From: Eledone cirrhosa
Lineage: Eukaryota
Assembly (NCBI GenBank): GCA_964016885.1
Contig: OZ024746.1
Location: 46,376,001-46,440,000, forward strand
Length of the DNA: 64,000 nucleotides
Direction of reading: 5' to 3'
Position numbers and translations under genes: made by a program. The notes beneath the pieces are model-generated. The model saw nothing but the letters and a program-made list of their open reading frames with translations, had not been told where the DNA came from and did no database searches. This document shows, piece by piece, positions 13,519 through 28,240 of the stretch (the stretch's first letter is position 1; every line of letters starts with the position of its first letter).

Positions 13519-13820
13519 GCTTGCCAAGTAATGCTGACAGGAAATAGTATAGGGTATCTGTTCTATCTTTAATGTCAAAGAGTTGACATTAGAGATGGAA
13601 CAGATACTCTATACCATTTCCTATCAGCATGACTTGGCAAGCTATTTAGAACACTGGTTTAACCGCTTTACTTCCCTCCGAAGAAGAGATATTATCTCGA
13701 AAATTAAGGACATTTAAATAAATCTAAAGTAAAAGACTAATTGCCAACAATATTTTTGCATTTGCATTTTTTATTCTATGTCCATACCTGCATTGTTTTG
13801 GCTTTACAAATACAAACGTT
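13519..13820 (+). mobile_element. Non-autonomous PLE derivative: 5' fold-back plus HHR, ending at (TA)n
   Basis: Imperfect palindrome at 13519-13642, followed by an HHR motif at 13673-13710. Confidence 0.65.
13673..13710 (+). ncRNA. Minimal hammerhead ribozyme (CCGAAGA core)
   Basis: TCCCT CCGAAGA a gagat att atctc GAAA at TA AGGA. Confidence 0.6.
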
Positions 13821-14050
13821 TATATATATATATATATATATGTATATATTTCGTTTCTGAATTTGTTTAGCAAGATTCTTTATCTGAAAACGTGTGTTGA
13901 AACCGATATTGTTATACTTTGGGAGGGTCATGTTGCCAATAAGAACCAGTTGCTTTCACTTCAATTTATTATAATAAATTTATAAATTTAGGAATTTATA
14001 AATTTCTGGTTGATTTGTTTGTCCCACAACCAGATGGTTGTTTATATATT

Positions 14051-14093
14051 GTCAAAGTTCTTTCGTCACACATTATGTGACCTCTTCTGTGAC
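14051..14093 (-). ncRNA. Hammerhead ribozyme (mutated core) in a PLE 3' end (13850-14200)
   Basis: GTCA CAGAAGA g gtcaca taatg tgtgac GAAA gaac TT TGAC. The sister copy at 39074 has CTGAAGA. Confidence 0.6.
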
Positions 14094-14194
14094 TGGGGAT
14101 TCTTTTCTTTGTTTTTGTGCCTCTCCCTTGTTCTGTCCTACGCCATCTTGTTATATATTCTTCTTTGTATATATTCTTCTTTGCCCATTTATTT

Positions 14195-14575
14195 CTGAGA
14201 GGGTCGTGGGGGCAGAGTCCTCAAAGACTCATGCCAGCAGGTCCTATCAGAATCAACTGACTCCAACTAATCCGTATAGATCCCCAAGCGAGACCAGCCA
14301 AGCTCATGGATGTTATCCAACCATCTTGCTTGGTGTTTACCTCTGGGTCTCATGCCAGTTTTGCCCGTAAAATCTGTCCAGCGATTCTTTGCTGAGGCAT
14401 TCTAACCACATGCTCATAGTATCAAAACTTTGATCTCTCAATTCAGAGAAGTAGCGGCTCTACCTCAAGTGACACTCTGAGATATGCACTCTATCAAGTA
14501 ATGTTACTCCAAACACCTGGCAGAGGAACCCCATTTTGGCTGCTTGTATTCACAATCATCATCAGCTTGAAGTGA
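14195..14575 (-). mobile_element. Degenerate RTE LINE fragment
   Basis: Similar to 32590-32930; ATTCAGAGAAGTAGC...AATGTTACTCCAAA is shared. Confidence 0.55.
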
Positions 14576-15025
14576 ATGTGTGTGTGGGGGTGTGGGGTGT
14601 GTGTGGGGGTGTGTGTGTGTGTGTGGGAGGGGGGGGGGGGGGTCAAAGGATTGTTTGATATATATAGGGCTAAGTTGACCCCAGTCTATGTGTGGGCAAA
14701 TCTCTCCCTACACAGTGTGCAGTGTACCATCATTTGTACAACATTGCCATCATATATTTGCTCTCAAGGATTTCAGCTTGCTGAAAATTGAATCTATTTC
14801 AACTGAATACTTTTCAATACCTGCAATTTAGCTTTCATATATCTTACCTCCAGCTCATATATGTATGTATGTGTGTATGCGTGCATGCGAGCGTGTGTGT
14901 ACGGGGGGGGGGGGGGGGTAGGCTCTGAGTCTCGAGTATGCGAGACACGGTCACCCAATCAATCTTGCCTCAAGTGGGACAATTCCCATCTAACCCATGC
15001 TAGCATGGAAGAGAGATGATGATGA

Positions 15026-15065
<40 letters not shown>

Positions 15066-15544
15066 GATGATGATGGTGGTCATATTGATGATGATATATA
15101 TATATCATCATCATCAAAGCATTTTTCTATTCTATTTTAGTTCCCCAAAACTTTAGATCATCTTATTTGTCATCACAATGGCACATCTGAAAACTGTGTG
15201 TCTAGAATTAATTGTGCTCCATTACAATAAATTCTTTTATTTCATATTTGCACCCCAGTTTAAATACAGATATTTTACATAGAATTAAAATGTTCACTAT
15301 TATCTGACAGAATACATAGTAGATGCAAGTAAGGGATGTCAACTACCTTAAATAAACCACACTTTAGATTTCCAGAATATTAAGCAGTGGGGTTAGAAGT
15401 TTTCAGTCTCCTGGCTAAAATACTAGATGATTGCAGGGTAAATTTACATATAGAGTGGTATCAGGTTTTCAGCTATGAAGATTGAATCAAGTATTAAATG
15501 CTGTGCCTAAGGATATCCAAATATGATTACAACAGTATAAAAAC

Positions 15545-15813
15545 TTAGAAGCTGGCATTCAATATTTCTGTTGCTATAATCCCCTGTTGATAGCTGATAA
15601 AGAGAATATATATATATATATATATATACACCATTATTAATACAAACTTGCTTCTCTGTCTAGCAGCCTCCAACATTGTCATATTCATGAATTCTTTTGC
15701 TTGATCATGAAACAATCTATAAAAACATGAATACCATTGGCTTTTATAGTAATCCCTCCCAGTTATGCATTGTGGGTGATAAATCACAACATTTAACTCT
15801 TCTTGTGGGGACA
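15545..15813 (-). CDS. Candidate last two exons of an unidentified host gene (15813-15648, 15593-15545)
   Basis: Acceptor tttctatatag, open frame SPQEELNVVIYHPQCITGRDYYKSQWYSCFYRLFHDQAKEFMNMTMLEAARQRS, a 54-nt GT..AG intron containing (TA)n, then NYQQGIIATEILNASF*. Confidence 0.4.
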
Positions 15814-18800
15814 CTATATAGAAACAGAAAACATGAGCATTTTCAATTTTGCAAATTATTATTATTATTTGTTTCTTGCATTTATCTGACTGAAATTCAA
15901 CATTACAATGACATCTCATTGGCATCATCCCAAATAATTAACTTCCTTTTCTAAACCAAAATAATTTGGAATTCCTTTTATGTTTTCCATTCAAAGCCAT
16001 ATCAAACATTAAATCTAGCTTTTAAAAAATTATGCTAACAATATTTTATCTTTTTTTTTGTGTGTTTGGTTGATGTAGGGTGTAGAATTTCAAATTGAAA
16101 ACCCAAAACAGACATTTGTTTCAAAAACTAAATGAAAGGTCAAAAATAAATTGAATAACAAAAATTATTTTAATCTGCAATTTAAACTAGAATTGAAATT
16201 CTAAAGAAGGGAAATTTAAATCTTAATCGATAAAAATAGGAAAATAAAATCAAGTAGCCTCTGGTCAGATTACACTCAGGAAACTACTATATTTCCATTA
16301 GTCTGGTCTTTCCATTGCTGATACTATCTGTTGGTTGCACCTCATGACAGAAGGATGGGAGATTTGAACTCAGTTGTATAACTGAAGTATAAATTTTCAA
16401 TTTCCAACAACCAGCCATAGTTTTGGTTGAGGAGATTTTAATTATATTATATACACTTGTATGTACAATAGCCAAAGTGAAGACTGGTTGGGAAAAGGTT
16501 AGAGAGCTACTAACACTACTGGCTAAATAGGAGTTTTCCTTCAGTGAGAAAGGTAGCTTGTATGATACAATGATACATAGAAGTTAGGCTGTGCATGTGG
16601 GGGACTTACAACGATTGAAAAGAAGTGAAATGAGCTTGCTTCAATGTATATATAATGATGATCATCATCTTGTTGATATAAGTGAAAATATATATAGAAT
16701 ATTTTAAGACTCAGTTAAGGGAGTGAATTAAAAATCACGAGACAATCATTTCAAAATTTGTTTTAGCAATTGCAGTTTATCCACGATAAATGTACTTAAT
16801 TTTCTGTTTGTCTTAGTCTGACTGACAACTGATACCAGAATTACATTATAATTGGATAGTTATGACTAAGCAATATATTCAGTTACAAAACTGAATGCTC
16901 TATTAAAAGCCATGTTGTAATAGGAAAATGGATAGGAAACTGCTATATCATATATTCACATTTACGAAATGATATAACGTTTGATCAAAGCTGTTCCAGT
17001 CAGTTATAGCCATTCTACCTATGTTTATATCTAGATGTACACTGTCTAATGTATCCTCCCATTTCTAAGAAAATGAAGAAGTGTTATTTGAGGAAATTAG
17101 GTTGTTATTTATAGCAAGTTTAGCAACTTCATACAGGATCACTGTCTGACTTACTTAGATTCAATTAACCCTTTAGCATTTGAACCAGCTGTATCCAACC
17201 AGAATTCTCACATCTCTTTCTGTTCAAACCAGCAGTAATAACCGGCCACTCATACTGATGTTAAGGTATTGTTCTCAAAATAAATATCAAAATCTCATAG
17301 ATAAAATGTTTACAATATTAAATATAGAGTAATGTAAATGTGAAAGGCTTAATATACATATACAGAAATTATGTTTCGACTTATTTTTAGAATTAAAACT
17401 AGATATGTTCTCTCTGTAACCTAGTTTAAATATGATGGATTGACATATAACTTCTTTGAAGTTAAGGTTGAACAATTGTTGTTCTTTGACCTTAAAGACA
17501 ACTTATACTACACTGGTCTTCATTATGAAATTTGGAAATGATGCATGATGTGGTTTTTTATAAATTTTGCATGTTTTTAAATATAATGTCTCACTGAAGT
17601 CACATGCTCACTCATCAATAAAACACACAGGGAATAGATGTGTGTCAAGAGAAAAAATGAATTCTAATAGCAGAGAAAAACTGAGAAATCTTTTGAAAGA
17701 TGTGAAGCTGAGCAGGCATAGATGATAAAGGAAGTCAGAGGATAGAGCAACAAAGAGAAAAACCATATAAAATGACAAAATATATATATATATATATTTA
17801 TTTATACATATATATGTGTGTGTGTGTACACATGACTACATATACATATTCTTACATGCATCTTACATGCTTATATATATATATGTGTGTGTGTAATTAT
17901 ACATAATTGATATGATTCATCCCTGGAGAAATGATATTCTTTTTATACTGGCTCACTTCCAAAATGTTTCTTTCTGTTTAAAAATGAAACCAACATCTGA
18001 TGTATAATCTCTTTTTTAGTGGGCTCCATCTTTTCTATTTAACAACCAGACATTTAGTTCCTCTCTCATAGAGTTAAGGTTATTTTCTCTGTAAACAGAA
18101 ATACATGTCAATTTTGTCAAACAACCCAGGCTAGTTGGCTAAAGAATATGCATCTTTATTCTTATACTTTTTTTAAAAGTTTTCCATGTTGTTGCATTCT
18201 GTTCTCTACGATGTATATAGATTTTGGAGATGGGCTAGTGAAGAATTTACAGCCAAATTTTTCTCAAATGCTAGCCTACTATCTTCAAATATGGTTGCAT
18301 ATAAAGATTAATCTAGTGCTGAAGTTAATAAGTCAGAAAAGAAGACAGGGTGGTCATGGAAAGCAAGCAAATTGAATGATGAATATTGGATAATGGGAAA
18401 TATTCTATATATGTGAGAACTGTCAGAGAATGAGAAAAAATATGAATCTGCACAAAGCAGACATTATACCATCTATAAAGGTAAATAACTGACAAAGATT
18501 TGAAAATAAACAAAAACCCATGAAACAGTAAAATTTACAATAAGCCAGAAAATATATGATTTTACAAGCTAACACTGACAGCAACAACACAGATAAAAAT
18601 ATTGTTACCACCTTTCTCAACATCACAGACAATATTTAAAAAAGAATGCTTCACACAAAAAATTAATAATTGTAAACATGACAGAAAATCTTATTAAAAT
18701 CATCTCTATGGAACTAAAGAGAATATTTGCACATGAGAATATCATCACAAGAGAATAGTCAAAGAAATAACGTTTAATACCTCAAAACAAAACAAAAACT

Positions 18801-19379
18801 ATTCCAATTTATACTCAAATCAATCTAGAGAAACTCTTTCACTGTGGTATCATATAACATATATGAATATATACGTATGTATCATTATCATCATCCTTTA
18901 ATGTTCATTTCTCCTGATAGCAAGAGTTCGACATGTTGCCACAGACTAGTCAGTATTCAAGCAAAGCCTCTGACCTCCCAGTGGGACTGGGTGCCCAGCA
19001 TACAATCTTTGCACCCTTCTGAGTGTATTATATCATAGCACCAACTCTAGAAAGCCATCAAGTCTTTGACACAGCTGAAGAGCCCTTTCATCGTGTTTGA
19101 CAGGATTTCTACATCAACTCTAGAGAGGGTGTCTGAAGAGTCCTTCTGACACTTTATTAGGCAAGTTTTCTCTGCTGGGTGTCCTTCCTATCATCAAACA
19201 CTTTACAGATTATATATCTTCACTGTTCAACATCTATTTTCTATGTCTGTATTGAGGCTACATGGTGATGGTGAGGAGATTATGAAAGAGTGTCGCCTGG
19301 CCTTAAATACAAAAATATGTGTGTGTTTGTATATACAGAGAGATACACACATATCATACTTTCATTATCATTTGATGCA

Positions 19380-19520
19380 TAGAGTTACGGCCCTTGCCAT
19401 TCTGAGTTCGAATCCCGCCGAGGTTAACTTTGCCTTTCATCCTTACGGGGTCGATAAAAATAAAGTACCAGTAATGCACTGGGTAATTGCTGGCCTTGTG
19501 CCAAAAGTAGAAACAATTAT
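19380..19520 (+). mobile_element. Nin/Deu-domain SINE
   Basis: GAGTTCGAATCCCGCCGAGGTTAACTTTGCCTTTCATCCTTACGGGGTCGATAAA. Confidence 0.75.
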
Positions 19521-19639
19521 CATTTAATACCCATTTTCTATGCTTGCATGGGCTAGACAGCTGTCACATGCTAAGACTAGACTGACAGGTGATGAGGGTA
19601 TGCTCATATGCTTTATTTTGGCTTGTTTTCTTGTGTCAA

Positions 19640-20100
19640 GGTTGAATCAGGCAATATAGGACTGCATCTCAATGCAAAGAAGACCAAAATCATGCACTAC
19701 AATCAGGTTGATCCAGCTCCAGTTCTTGCTAAGGACAGTACAATAATCAAAACAGTTGAGAACTTTAAGTATCTTGGTGCATGGATCCACAGCTCACGCA
19801 AGGACTTTGAAGTTAGAAAATATTTAGCATGAACGGCATACCACAAGCTACTGAAGGTGTGGAAGTCCAACCTGTAGATGAATGAAACTGGCTGGGCACT
19901 GCATCCGTCATCCAGAAGAGACAGCATCACAACTTGTGTTCTGGAAACCAATGGTTGGGCGAAGAAGCATGAGAAGACAGGCTGTCTCATTCATTGACAC
20001 CCTGCTGAAAGATGCCAACATTGATATCATCAATGAACTGAGAAATGTCATGCTCGACCGAGAAAATTGGAGAAAGTGTGCTGAATCTTTGCGAGTGTAA
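19640..20100 (+). mobile_element. RTE-clade LINE fragment, internally deleted
   Basis: GLHLNAKKTKIM..VENFKYLGAWI, then LAGHCIRH..MLDRENWRK. Confidence 0.8.
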
Positions 20101-20825
20101 ACTCGGCCATAGTAGTAGTTGTTCTATAGCTGGATTCCCTTCCCAACACCAACCACTTTATAGTATGTACTGGGAACATTTTATTGCGATTCCAGCACTA
20201 CCACCTTACAAGGTGGAATGCTTTTGTAGTGGCACCAGTGCTACTCCATTACAACACTAGAGAGCTCAGTATCCATGGCCATAATAGGGGTGGATTGGTG
20301 GGAGTTGATGATTGTAATGTGCATGGGATACTGCCTGACATATTGTAGGATGTCCCACCTTCCTTTGGTGTCTTAAAAGGGGGAAAGATGTTGGGTGGAT
20401 GGTATCTGTCATTTTGGGGATGATGCATGTGCAAGGACAAGACAAATAGAACAGACTAGCAGACAGATGAAAAGGGAAGATAAAGCATACCATTTTATCA
20501 TTTATAACTTTAATCTCAACACTTATTGTAACCCTAATTTAAATGTGTCTTCCTTTCTTCTTATCACTTCTACAGGCTGACACACTTCTCTCAATCTTTT
20601 CTGTTTCATCTACCCGTCACTCACCTCACAACTTTAATTTTCTCTTTACTGACCACTGGCCATTGATTTCTGTCCTTAGATGTATTTTACATGACTTACA
20701 TGCTTTTGTCCTTGACAGCATTTGGCTATTCTAACAGCTATTCCTTGCATTCGAGAGATCTCAAATTATTCCTATGAATATATATATATATATCTTTCTT
20801 CTTTTTCTCCCTCTCTTTGTGTGTA

Positions 20826-21040
20826 TATCATCATCATCATCGTTTAACGTCCATCTTCCACACTAGCATGGGTTAGACGATTTTGTTCCATTTGATGTGG
20901 GAATGGTCGGGAGACCATGTGTCATTCACACAGAAGCGTCTCTGGCAGGTTTTTTTACAGCTGGATGCCCTTCCTAACACCAACCACATTTACAGTGTGG
21001 ACTGGGAGCCTTTTCACCGTGTCTCCTACATGGCCACCTT
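20826..21040 (-). mobile_element. SINE / RTE 3'-UTR-derived repeat
   Basis: Shares GGTTGGTGTTAGGAAGGGCATCCAGC and the GGACGTTAAACGATGATG tail with the RTE copies. Confidence 0.75.
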
Positions 21041-21684
21041 ATATATGAACTAATTAGGAACTAATAATATGCTTCCTTTTTTCTAAATCTTGTCTTCATC
21101 TTGTGTTCTACCACCATCCTCTTTTCTAGGTTATCTTTCTCTCATCTTTCTTATTTATAAATTTTCATGTCATTTCTGATTATAGATCAAGCCAAAAACT
21201 GAAGTTTTGTTTTAGGAATTATATTGAATGGTTTGCTTCCTTTGCCTAATTCTTTACACTAACGCAAATTTTGGGTTAACCATTTATATGTATCCTCTCT
21301 CAATTTGAAATTCTAACCTAAACTTATGTTTTCACACAAAGAAACGATTTACAAATTGGCTGTTTAGAGAAATATATTATTTATATTACTTTGTAAGATA
21401 TTAAGATCTCACTCAAACAAGATCTAAGCTAAAAATATTCATTATTGGAGATTGAGGCTAACTAAAGTGGTAACACACTTCCTCCAGTGTTGAACATATG
21501 ATCCCTCTTTAAAGAGGATTACTAAGTGTTTCCTTTCAGCAATACTGCATATGCCTTATTTATTTATTACATGAAAATTGCATTTTTTAATCTGATAAAT
21601 ATATTTTATGCGTTATTTCAATTGTAACATTCATGTATGAATATTATCAAAGAGAATTTTTACCATAAAACAATATTTACTCAC

Positions 21685-21799
21685 CTTATTTCGTTGCTGT
21701 TTATTTTCATCCATAATGTATGGTAAAATAAGGGATGCACTCTTATATGTTTGAATTTTATAAATGTTTTTAAATCTCATTTTGGATTCATTGGATAGC
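21685..21799 (-). CDS. Candidate internal exon of a host gene
   Basis: AG acceptor, open frame LSNESKMRFKNIYKIQTYKSASLILPYIMDENKQQRNK, and a strong donor AAG|GTGAGTA. Confidence 0.4.
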
Positions 21800-23169
21800 C
21801 TAATTTATTATTTTACATATACTTATGTAAAACGTATGAAAAAGTGAAAAAGATTAGCTACTTATATGAAGCCAAATAGGTACAAAGGGGAATATGCCTT
21901 CATCTCCTATTACTGAATAATAGCTGTCTCAGTAAACACTGATTATCAGGATGCTTACTTTATCAGTTTCTGATATAAGGAATTCTTTGTGAATAGTTAT
22001 TGTTAGCCAAGGATTTCCTATAGTATGGATGTGTGAATGAGAATTTTGTAATTTCATTATATCTTTTACTTACCATGTATTCAACTATCCTTTGTTCAGT
22101 ATCTTGAGCAGATCACCAATTTCTAAATGTGCTTGATGGATAATCCATACTTTAATACTTCATGTACAGTATTAGCTGTTTTAGTTGGCACACATAATAC
22201 TTTCATATGTATCATATTCCTTTTGAATTGCTTTATATTCATGGCTAATAGTTTCCTATATAATAAAAGTACAACACTAATGTAATGCAATTATTTAAAA
22301 GGTTATGTATTATATAATTATCCCACCAGCTCTTAAAAATCAGTCAATATTGCCAACATCTTGTATTGTACTAAATTTCTGTTAAACATGAATATATTGT
22401 TTATTAGTGTTGTTTTTCATTAGATAATAACTCAGTTGAGCTTTTGATATATTCCTAGACAACCAACCAAAATGGACTCACAGTGAAATAGATAATATAT
22501 CATTGACTTGCAGTTCCTAGATCGAATCTTATCATTAGTACGTAGAAAAATAGATGGTGTTTCCTAGCCTCATGTATAGACAAGCTCTCCAAGCTTTTGG
22601 TACCATAGCCTGAAATCCTCAGAATTGAGGTGAGAAAGAGATTTTTGCTCTTGGTTGCTATTGATTATATACCCACACCTTAGAGGTTTTTCTAAGACAT
22701 ACAAGTAGCTTATCTAATTGCTTGGGTTCTTATACCTCTGACATTGTAAAAAATCTTAGCAGATCATTTATTACTTGAAGTCATAATATTCTGTTGCTTT
22801 CTAGATCAGTAAAATTCCACTGAAGACTGTTGTCATGTGGTGGTTCATGAGAATATTACATGAGCTGGCTTTTTATTGTATTTTTCACATTAAGGAGAAG
22901 ATTCATATCCAACATCTTCATCTCATGAAGTAGTTATTCTGTTTACACTGAAACTATTGTAATTTAAGTGCGGATATGGTCATATGGTGAAGAAGCTTGC
23001 TTCATGATCATGTGGTTTTGTGATCAAGCAGACTACATTTTTTTATATCTTCAGCCTCCTTTTGTTTTAAAATCATAATCTAGTAATATAAAGAGAAGAT
23101 TACATATAAAATGTTATGACATTTTGCTTCTTGCTATGTTCAACATTTATATTTGGTATTAATATTCAG

Positions 23170-23390
23170 TGAAGGTGTGTGGCCTAGTGGTAAGAGTGTT
23201 GGACTTACGATCATAATGTCATAATGTTAGGGTCATAATGTTGGGATCAATTCCTTGACTGAGTTGAGTGTTGGGTTCTTGAACAAAACACTTCATTTTA
23301 TATTACTTCAGTTTACTCTGCAGAAAATATGTACCAGCAGTAGCTGGGGATTTAACCTTGTGATGGACTGGTGTCCAGTCCAGTGGTTGT
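23170..23390 (+). mobile_element. tRNA-derived SINE (CORE-like)
   Basis: A-box TGGCCTAGTGGT and TTCTTGAACAAAACACTT. Same family as 1500-1660. Confidence 0.65.
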
Positions 23391-26300
23391 CTTGTATTCT
23401 CATCAACATCATTGCCATCATAATTGTTTTAATGTCATTTTCCTATGTAATCATGGCTTAGATATGTTTCTTTCACACTATATCACCAGACATCTCTATA
23501 ATTTATTACATTATCTTTAACTTCACAAGAACTAATCTATTTCTTTACTCAACTGGCTACATTAGATAAAAAAAAACAATATTTTAAAATATGCTCATAT
23601 CTTACTATTATTTCTCTAGGATATTTGGTGTTTATTTCTTAAAAATAATAGAGTATTGCAGTAAGGTATTACAGAACTTAGTTATACCTTGCTATGCTTC
23701 ATTTTCAATGTCTACCAGAGTTGATTCTATATAATATACTTTTTCTTTGAGCATAAGATATTGCTCTGCACTGTCTCTTCTCTTGATACTTTTATATTCG
23801 GTTTCTTAAGAGAGAAATGCAGCTCTGTAAATCTGTCTTATTCTATAATGCCTTCACTAGGAAATGATCAAGTATACATTATTTATTAAAATAAAGTTCA
23901 GTTTAAATCCCCATTGTCTCCTGACAATGACAATTTTCTATATTAAGAGGAAGCAAATCTAGATATATTAGATGATGCTCTTATACTGTTACTGCCACAT
24001 TTGGTTTCACTTGATCAACAATAACACATTATTGCTATAGTGATCTCTTCCACTATGAGGTCACTTGCTTATTTTAATTATTATCTTAATTATATATTTA
24101 GGCAATACTCAAATGAAACTAGAAATGCTGACATTAAGAAATAGCAAGACAAGACAAGCTTTTATTCAAATAAATAGCAATTAGAGAAAAGCATCTACAT
24201 ACTATCAAGAAGCTACGCTGTAACATAGCAATTATCAAACTTCCAAGAAAGTTATACTAGCTATTTTTTCTCTGTCCATAATAATCACATCAATGCAATT
24301 AGGTAATATATCTCAATATATCTCAGTCAAAGTAAAATTCTCATTATTTGTTTCCAATTCTTAAAGTCTGTTATGAGTTTCAAAGGTGATTTGAAACTAA
24401 CTTAAGAAGAAATAATTACTGATCTTTACATTGAGTAGTTTCTAAGCCAATATGAAGCCACTACCATGATATAATATACTGTCATATACATAGGATTTAT
24501 AGAGAGAGAGAAAAAGAAGCACAAAATAAAAACAGCATAAAAACAAACGAAAAGGTGTGGGTTACTATTTTGTTAACTTGAAGTGAAAACATCAAACATT
24601 TCATAATGATGTTTCATCTGAAAATCATAAATGCCATGTGGGAAGAGATTGTAATAAAGATTACAGATAGGGCTGCTGGACGCAAGGAAATAAACAGATT
24701 GGTTGGTTAAACTAGAAGGAAAGCAAACATATTCTGAAACCATATCCAACACAACATCTAGAATAGCCTACTTGTACATGAGTGCATGTATGTATATATA
24801 TATATATGTGTATGAGTATATAAATATGAGAATGTGTGTATGCAGTGTCACCACCATCTTATAAACACATATTTACATGGCAGGCATTATTTGTAGATTG
24901 TTATAAAGATAACATGTAGACATATTAAAAAGTCTAAAAAGTGAGAATCAGTCACAAAACAGATTTGTATGCCTTCTTTAGTTTACTTTTTACTGTCTGA
25001 GAATTTTCCTCTTCACCTTGATATTCAATATATCATCATCATCAGCAGCAGCAGCATCATAGTCATCATCCTAATCATCATAATCAACATTTAATGCCCT
25101 TGATGAATATATACAGTCCACCCATAAGGTAGTCATACTGGTGTCATGAGGAAAACCACTGTCGACCCTATAAAGTGATAGTGATGGTACCAAGAAAAAT
25201 AGTCTCAGTACACAATGTAATACAGTTGGTTTTAAGCAGGGCATCCAACTATAGAAAACCAAGCCAAGAATAGATTGTATGAGCAGGGAGTGGCCACCTG
25301 ACCAGGCTAACCTCATAACTCATCTAATGCTTGAAATAAAAAGTTGCACTAAATACCATAAAGCATTATGTTTGATGCTTTAACACTTCTCTCACTTCAA
25401 CATATGGAAGTGAGAGATCAATGAAGCTTGATGACTTGTCAGATAACAATAGAACCCATGATTTGATTTGTATCATCAGCTGCCAAAAAGTTCCTAAGAG
25501 CTTAGTTTCACAGGGTGACTGTATATGTATGAGTATGAGTCAACAAATTCATTTATTCATAACCCACACTATTATACTCTTGCAATTGTGTTTTTATTAG
25601 ATCATTTTTCTACTGAAGGATGCTTAGTCTGTCATTTTTCTATAAGTGTTTGTATGATTTAGTATCATATAATGTATTTGTTCACTTATCTCAAGATACA
25701 TACAATACCATGTTTTAACTTTTCTTTATTATCGGGGACTGGCATCATAGCAGATAGAATTGAGTATAGTGAATCTAGTATAGGAAGTCAAGAGCCTTCA
25801 CAGAAAGCCAACTCACAATGTAATTTCTCTTTAAAATGTTTTACATACATCATCTACAATTTCATGAGCCAAAGAGAGAGCCATTATGGAGTTGTTCCTT
25901 GTGCTATAATTTGTTTCCAAATCTCCCTTAAATCACATCCTATCATCTTAAAATATAGGAATCCATGTACATCTCATGCTGGTCTTAAAAATGATAGGAT
26001 AGTTGAGGCTAGAACAATTTGTATCAAGGACTGCTCATGTCGGATCTTATGTTAAAAAACAATAACAGCAGTGTGGTGAGAAGTATTTTACTTGATATTT
26101 AATTTTTTATTGATCACATTAAAAATAGTCATAAACAAGATGCAGTAGCACATAAAATATCTTTCATCCCTCAGTTACTTATTGGCAATGGATATTATAG
26201 AAGATCTACCAATAATCCACCAATGTCATCAATTACACAATACATTTATGAAACACTTTAAATTTGAAAATGAACAATTGGAAAACTCCAGAAATTCTAT

Positions 26301-27959
26301 CTAATAAAATCAGAAAAAGTATTTATTTGTTGATTCATTTCATACAATCTCATCATAGCACCATTTTCCCACCAATAAATATTGAAGGAGGGAGAGAAGT
26401 ATTTAAAACTAAAGGAAAACAACACAATTATAATTTGCAGAATTTATGAATTGTAACATTAATTGAATTTTCACCAAAATATGTTTGGACATGAAGCAAA
26501 CAGAGAAAACAGCTTCAGTCTTTGTTAATTTATTTTGAAAATTTTTCAAATGAAATATGAGAAACAATTGATAGAATTATTTTCATTGAAAACATAATAT
26601 CAAATATAAACTAAGATGTTGAAGAAACTGAGAAATGTAATGTTTTCCAGTAATTGGTTGCCAAACGCAAAGTCAGAGAAATAGTGTGTGGCACTAATGG
26701 ACTGTTTAAATCAATTTCTCAAATTTATCAATCAATATTTATTACATGCAAGCATGGCTGCTATAGAGAGTTAATTTCTTCACTGGTATTTTTTCTTTTT
26801 ACTCAGCTCTATCCACCAATGGGTGATTAACTATTATACAACTATTCTATTTAAAAATTTTGCTACACATACATGTAAGGGTTTACATGTGAGAGAGAGA
26901 GAGTGAGAGAGTGAGAGAAAAGGGAAAAGAAAGTGAATGAGAGAGAAACAAACGAGAGAAAGAAAATCAGAGTTATGTATTCTCAAACTACGATTTTTAT
27001 GCTTAAGTCTTTAGCCATGTGATAAAGAGAGAAATAATTTTAGAAAATGAAGAAAAGCTTCACACATCTTGTAAGGAAGTTATTAATCATTGGATTGTGA
27101 CCATACTATTCACTGTCTTTAAGTGTTTTAGTTGATCATATCAAACGAAGTACGTATTTCAGTGAGGGACTTATTTTATAGATCATTTAGTGAACGGTTA
27201 AGTTATCTATTTTTACATGAACTGTAGTAACAGACACACGAATGTACACTCCTATAGAAGTGCACATACGCCTCACAACAGGCACACAGGTACTTATATA
27301 TTCACACATACATGATGGCTGTCAACTCATTGGGCTAGCATGACCATCACACACAGGTTGACTTAAACCTGACTGTTCCATTGAACGTGAGATCTACAGT
27401 GACTTTTGAACATACATACACACACATATATACATATACATGTATATATGCACACATACACACATACACAAGCATATATATAATAAAAGGCTGATTTATA
27501 TGTATTTATACTATATATATACATTGAGAAATAAGCCAAACACTGTTAACAATAACATTAAGATCACTATATTAGGACTCCTCAGAATTACATAAGATAT
27601 AGTCTTAAATATTACATTATGTACAAAACATATATAACATATCGGTGTGGTTTTGTTTACATAAAAAAAAAACTGCATATATATATATAATAAAAGGCTG
27701 ATAATATATATTTATATATTTATTATTAGCACAGACTAAAAGTTAAAGCAAATAAACTGGTTGAAAGCAGAAATTATTTACTTAAACTTTCAAGCTGTGT
27801 TAGTAATAAATATTTGCTCTGTGAATCTATACATGAGAGTATCTTGGTCAGCCTACGAACTTTTTAGCTGATCCTCATATGTGAAACTAATATGACTGTG
27901 GTTTTGCCTCTCTGCATTTGTCTTGTTTATTTTTTAACTATATGTACACACCCTACTCC

Positions 27960-28240
27960 ATCCTTCCATTTCCGTCCACTGTATCGGTGACACAACAAAG
28001 AGCATCCAGTCCACACTATAAAATGGTCATATAGGAGACACAGTAAAAATTCTCCCATCCACATTGTAAAGGTGGTTGGTGTTAGGGAAGGCATCCAGCC
28101 ATAGAAAACCTGCCAGAGACACTTCCGAACGAGCAAAACACCATCACCCGACCAATCCCGCATCAAATGGAACAAAACCGTCTAACCCATGATAGGAAGG
28201 ACGATGGACATTAAACGGTGATGATGATCATGATGATGAT
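27960..28240 (+). mobile_element. SINE / RTE 3'-UTR-derived repeat
   Basis: GGTTGGTGTTAGGGAAGGCATCCAGCC...GGACATTAAACGGTGATGATG tail. Confidence 0.75.

Noticed and set aside
23170-23260. tRNA gene
   Set aside because: Only an A-box-like head is present, followed by SINE body sequence, with no cloverleaf.
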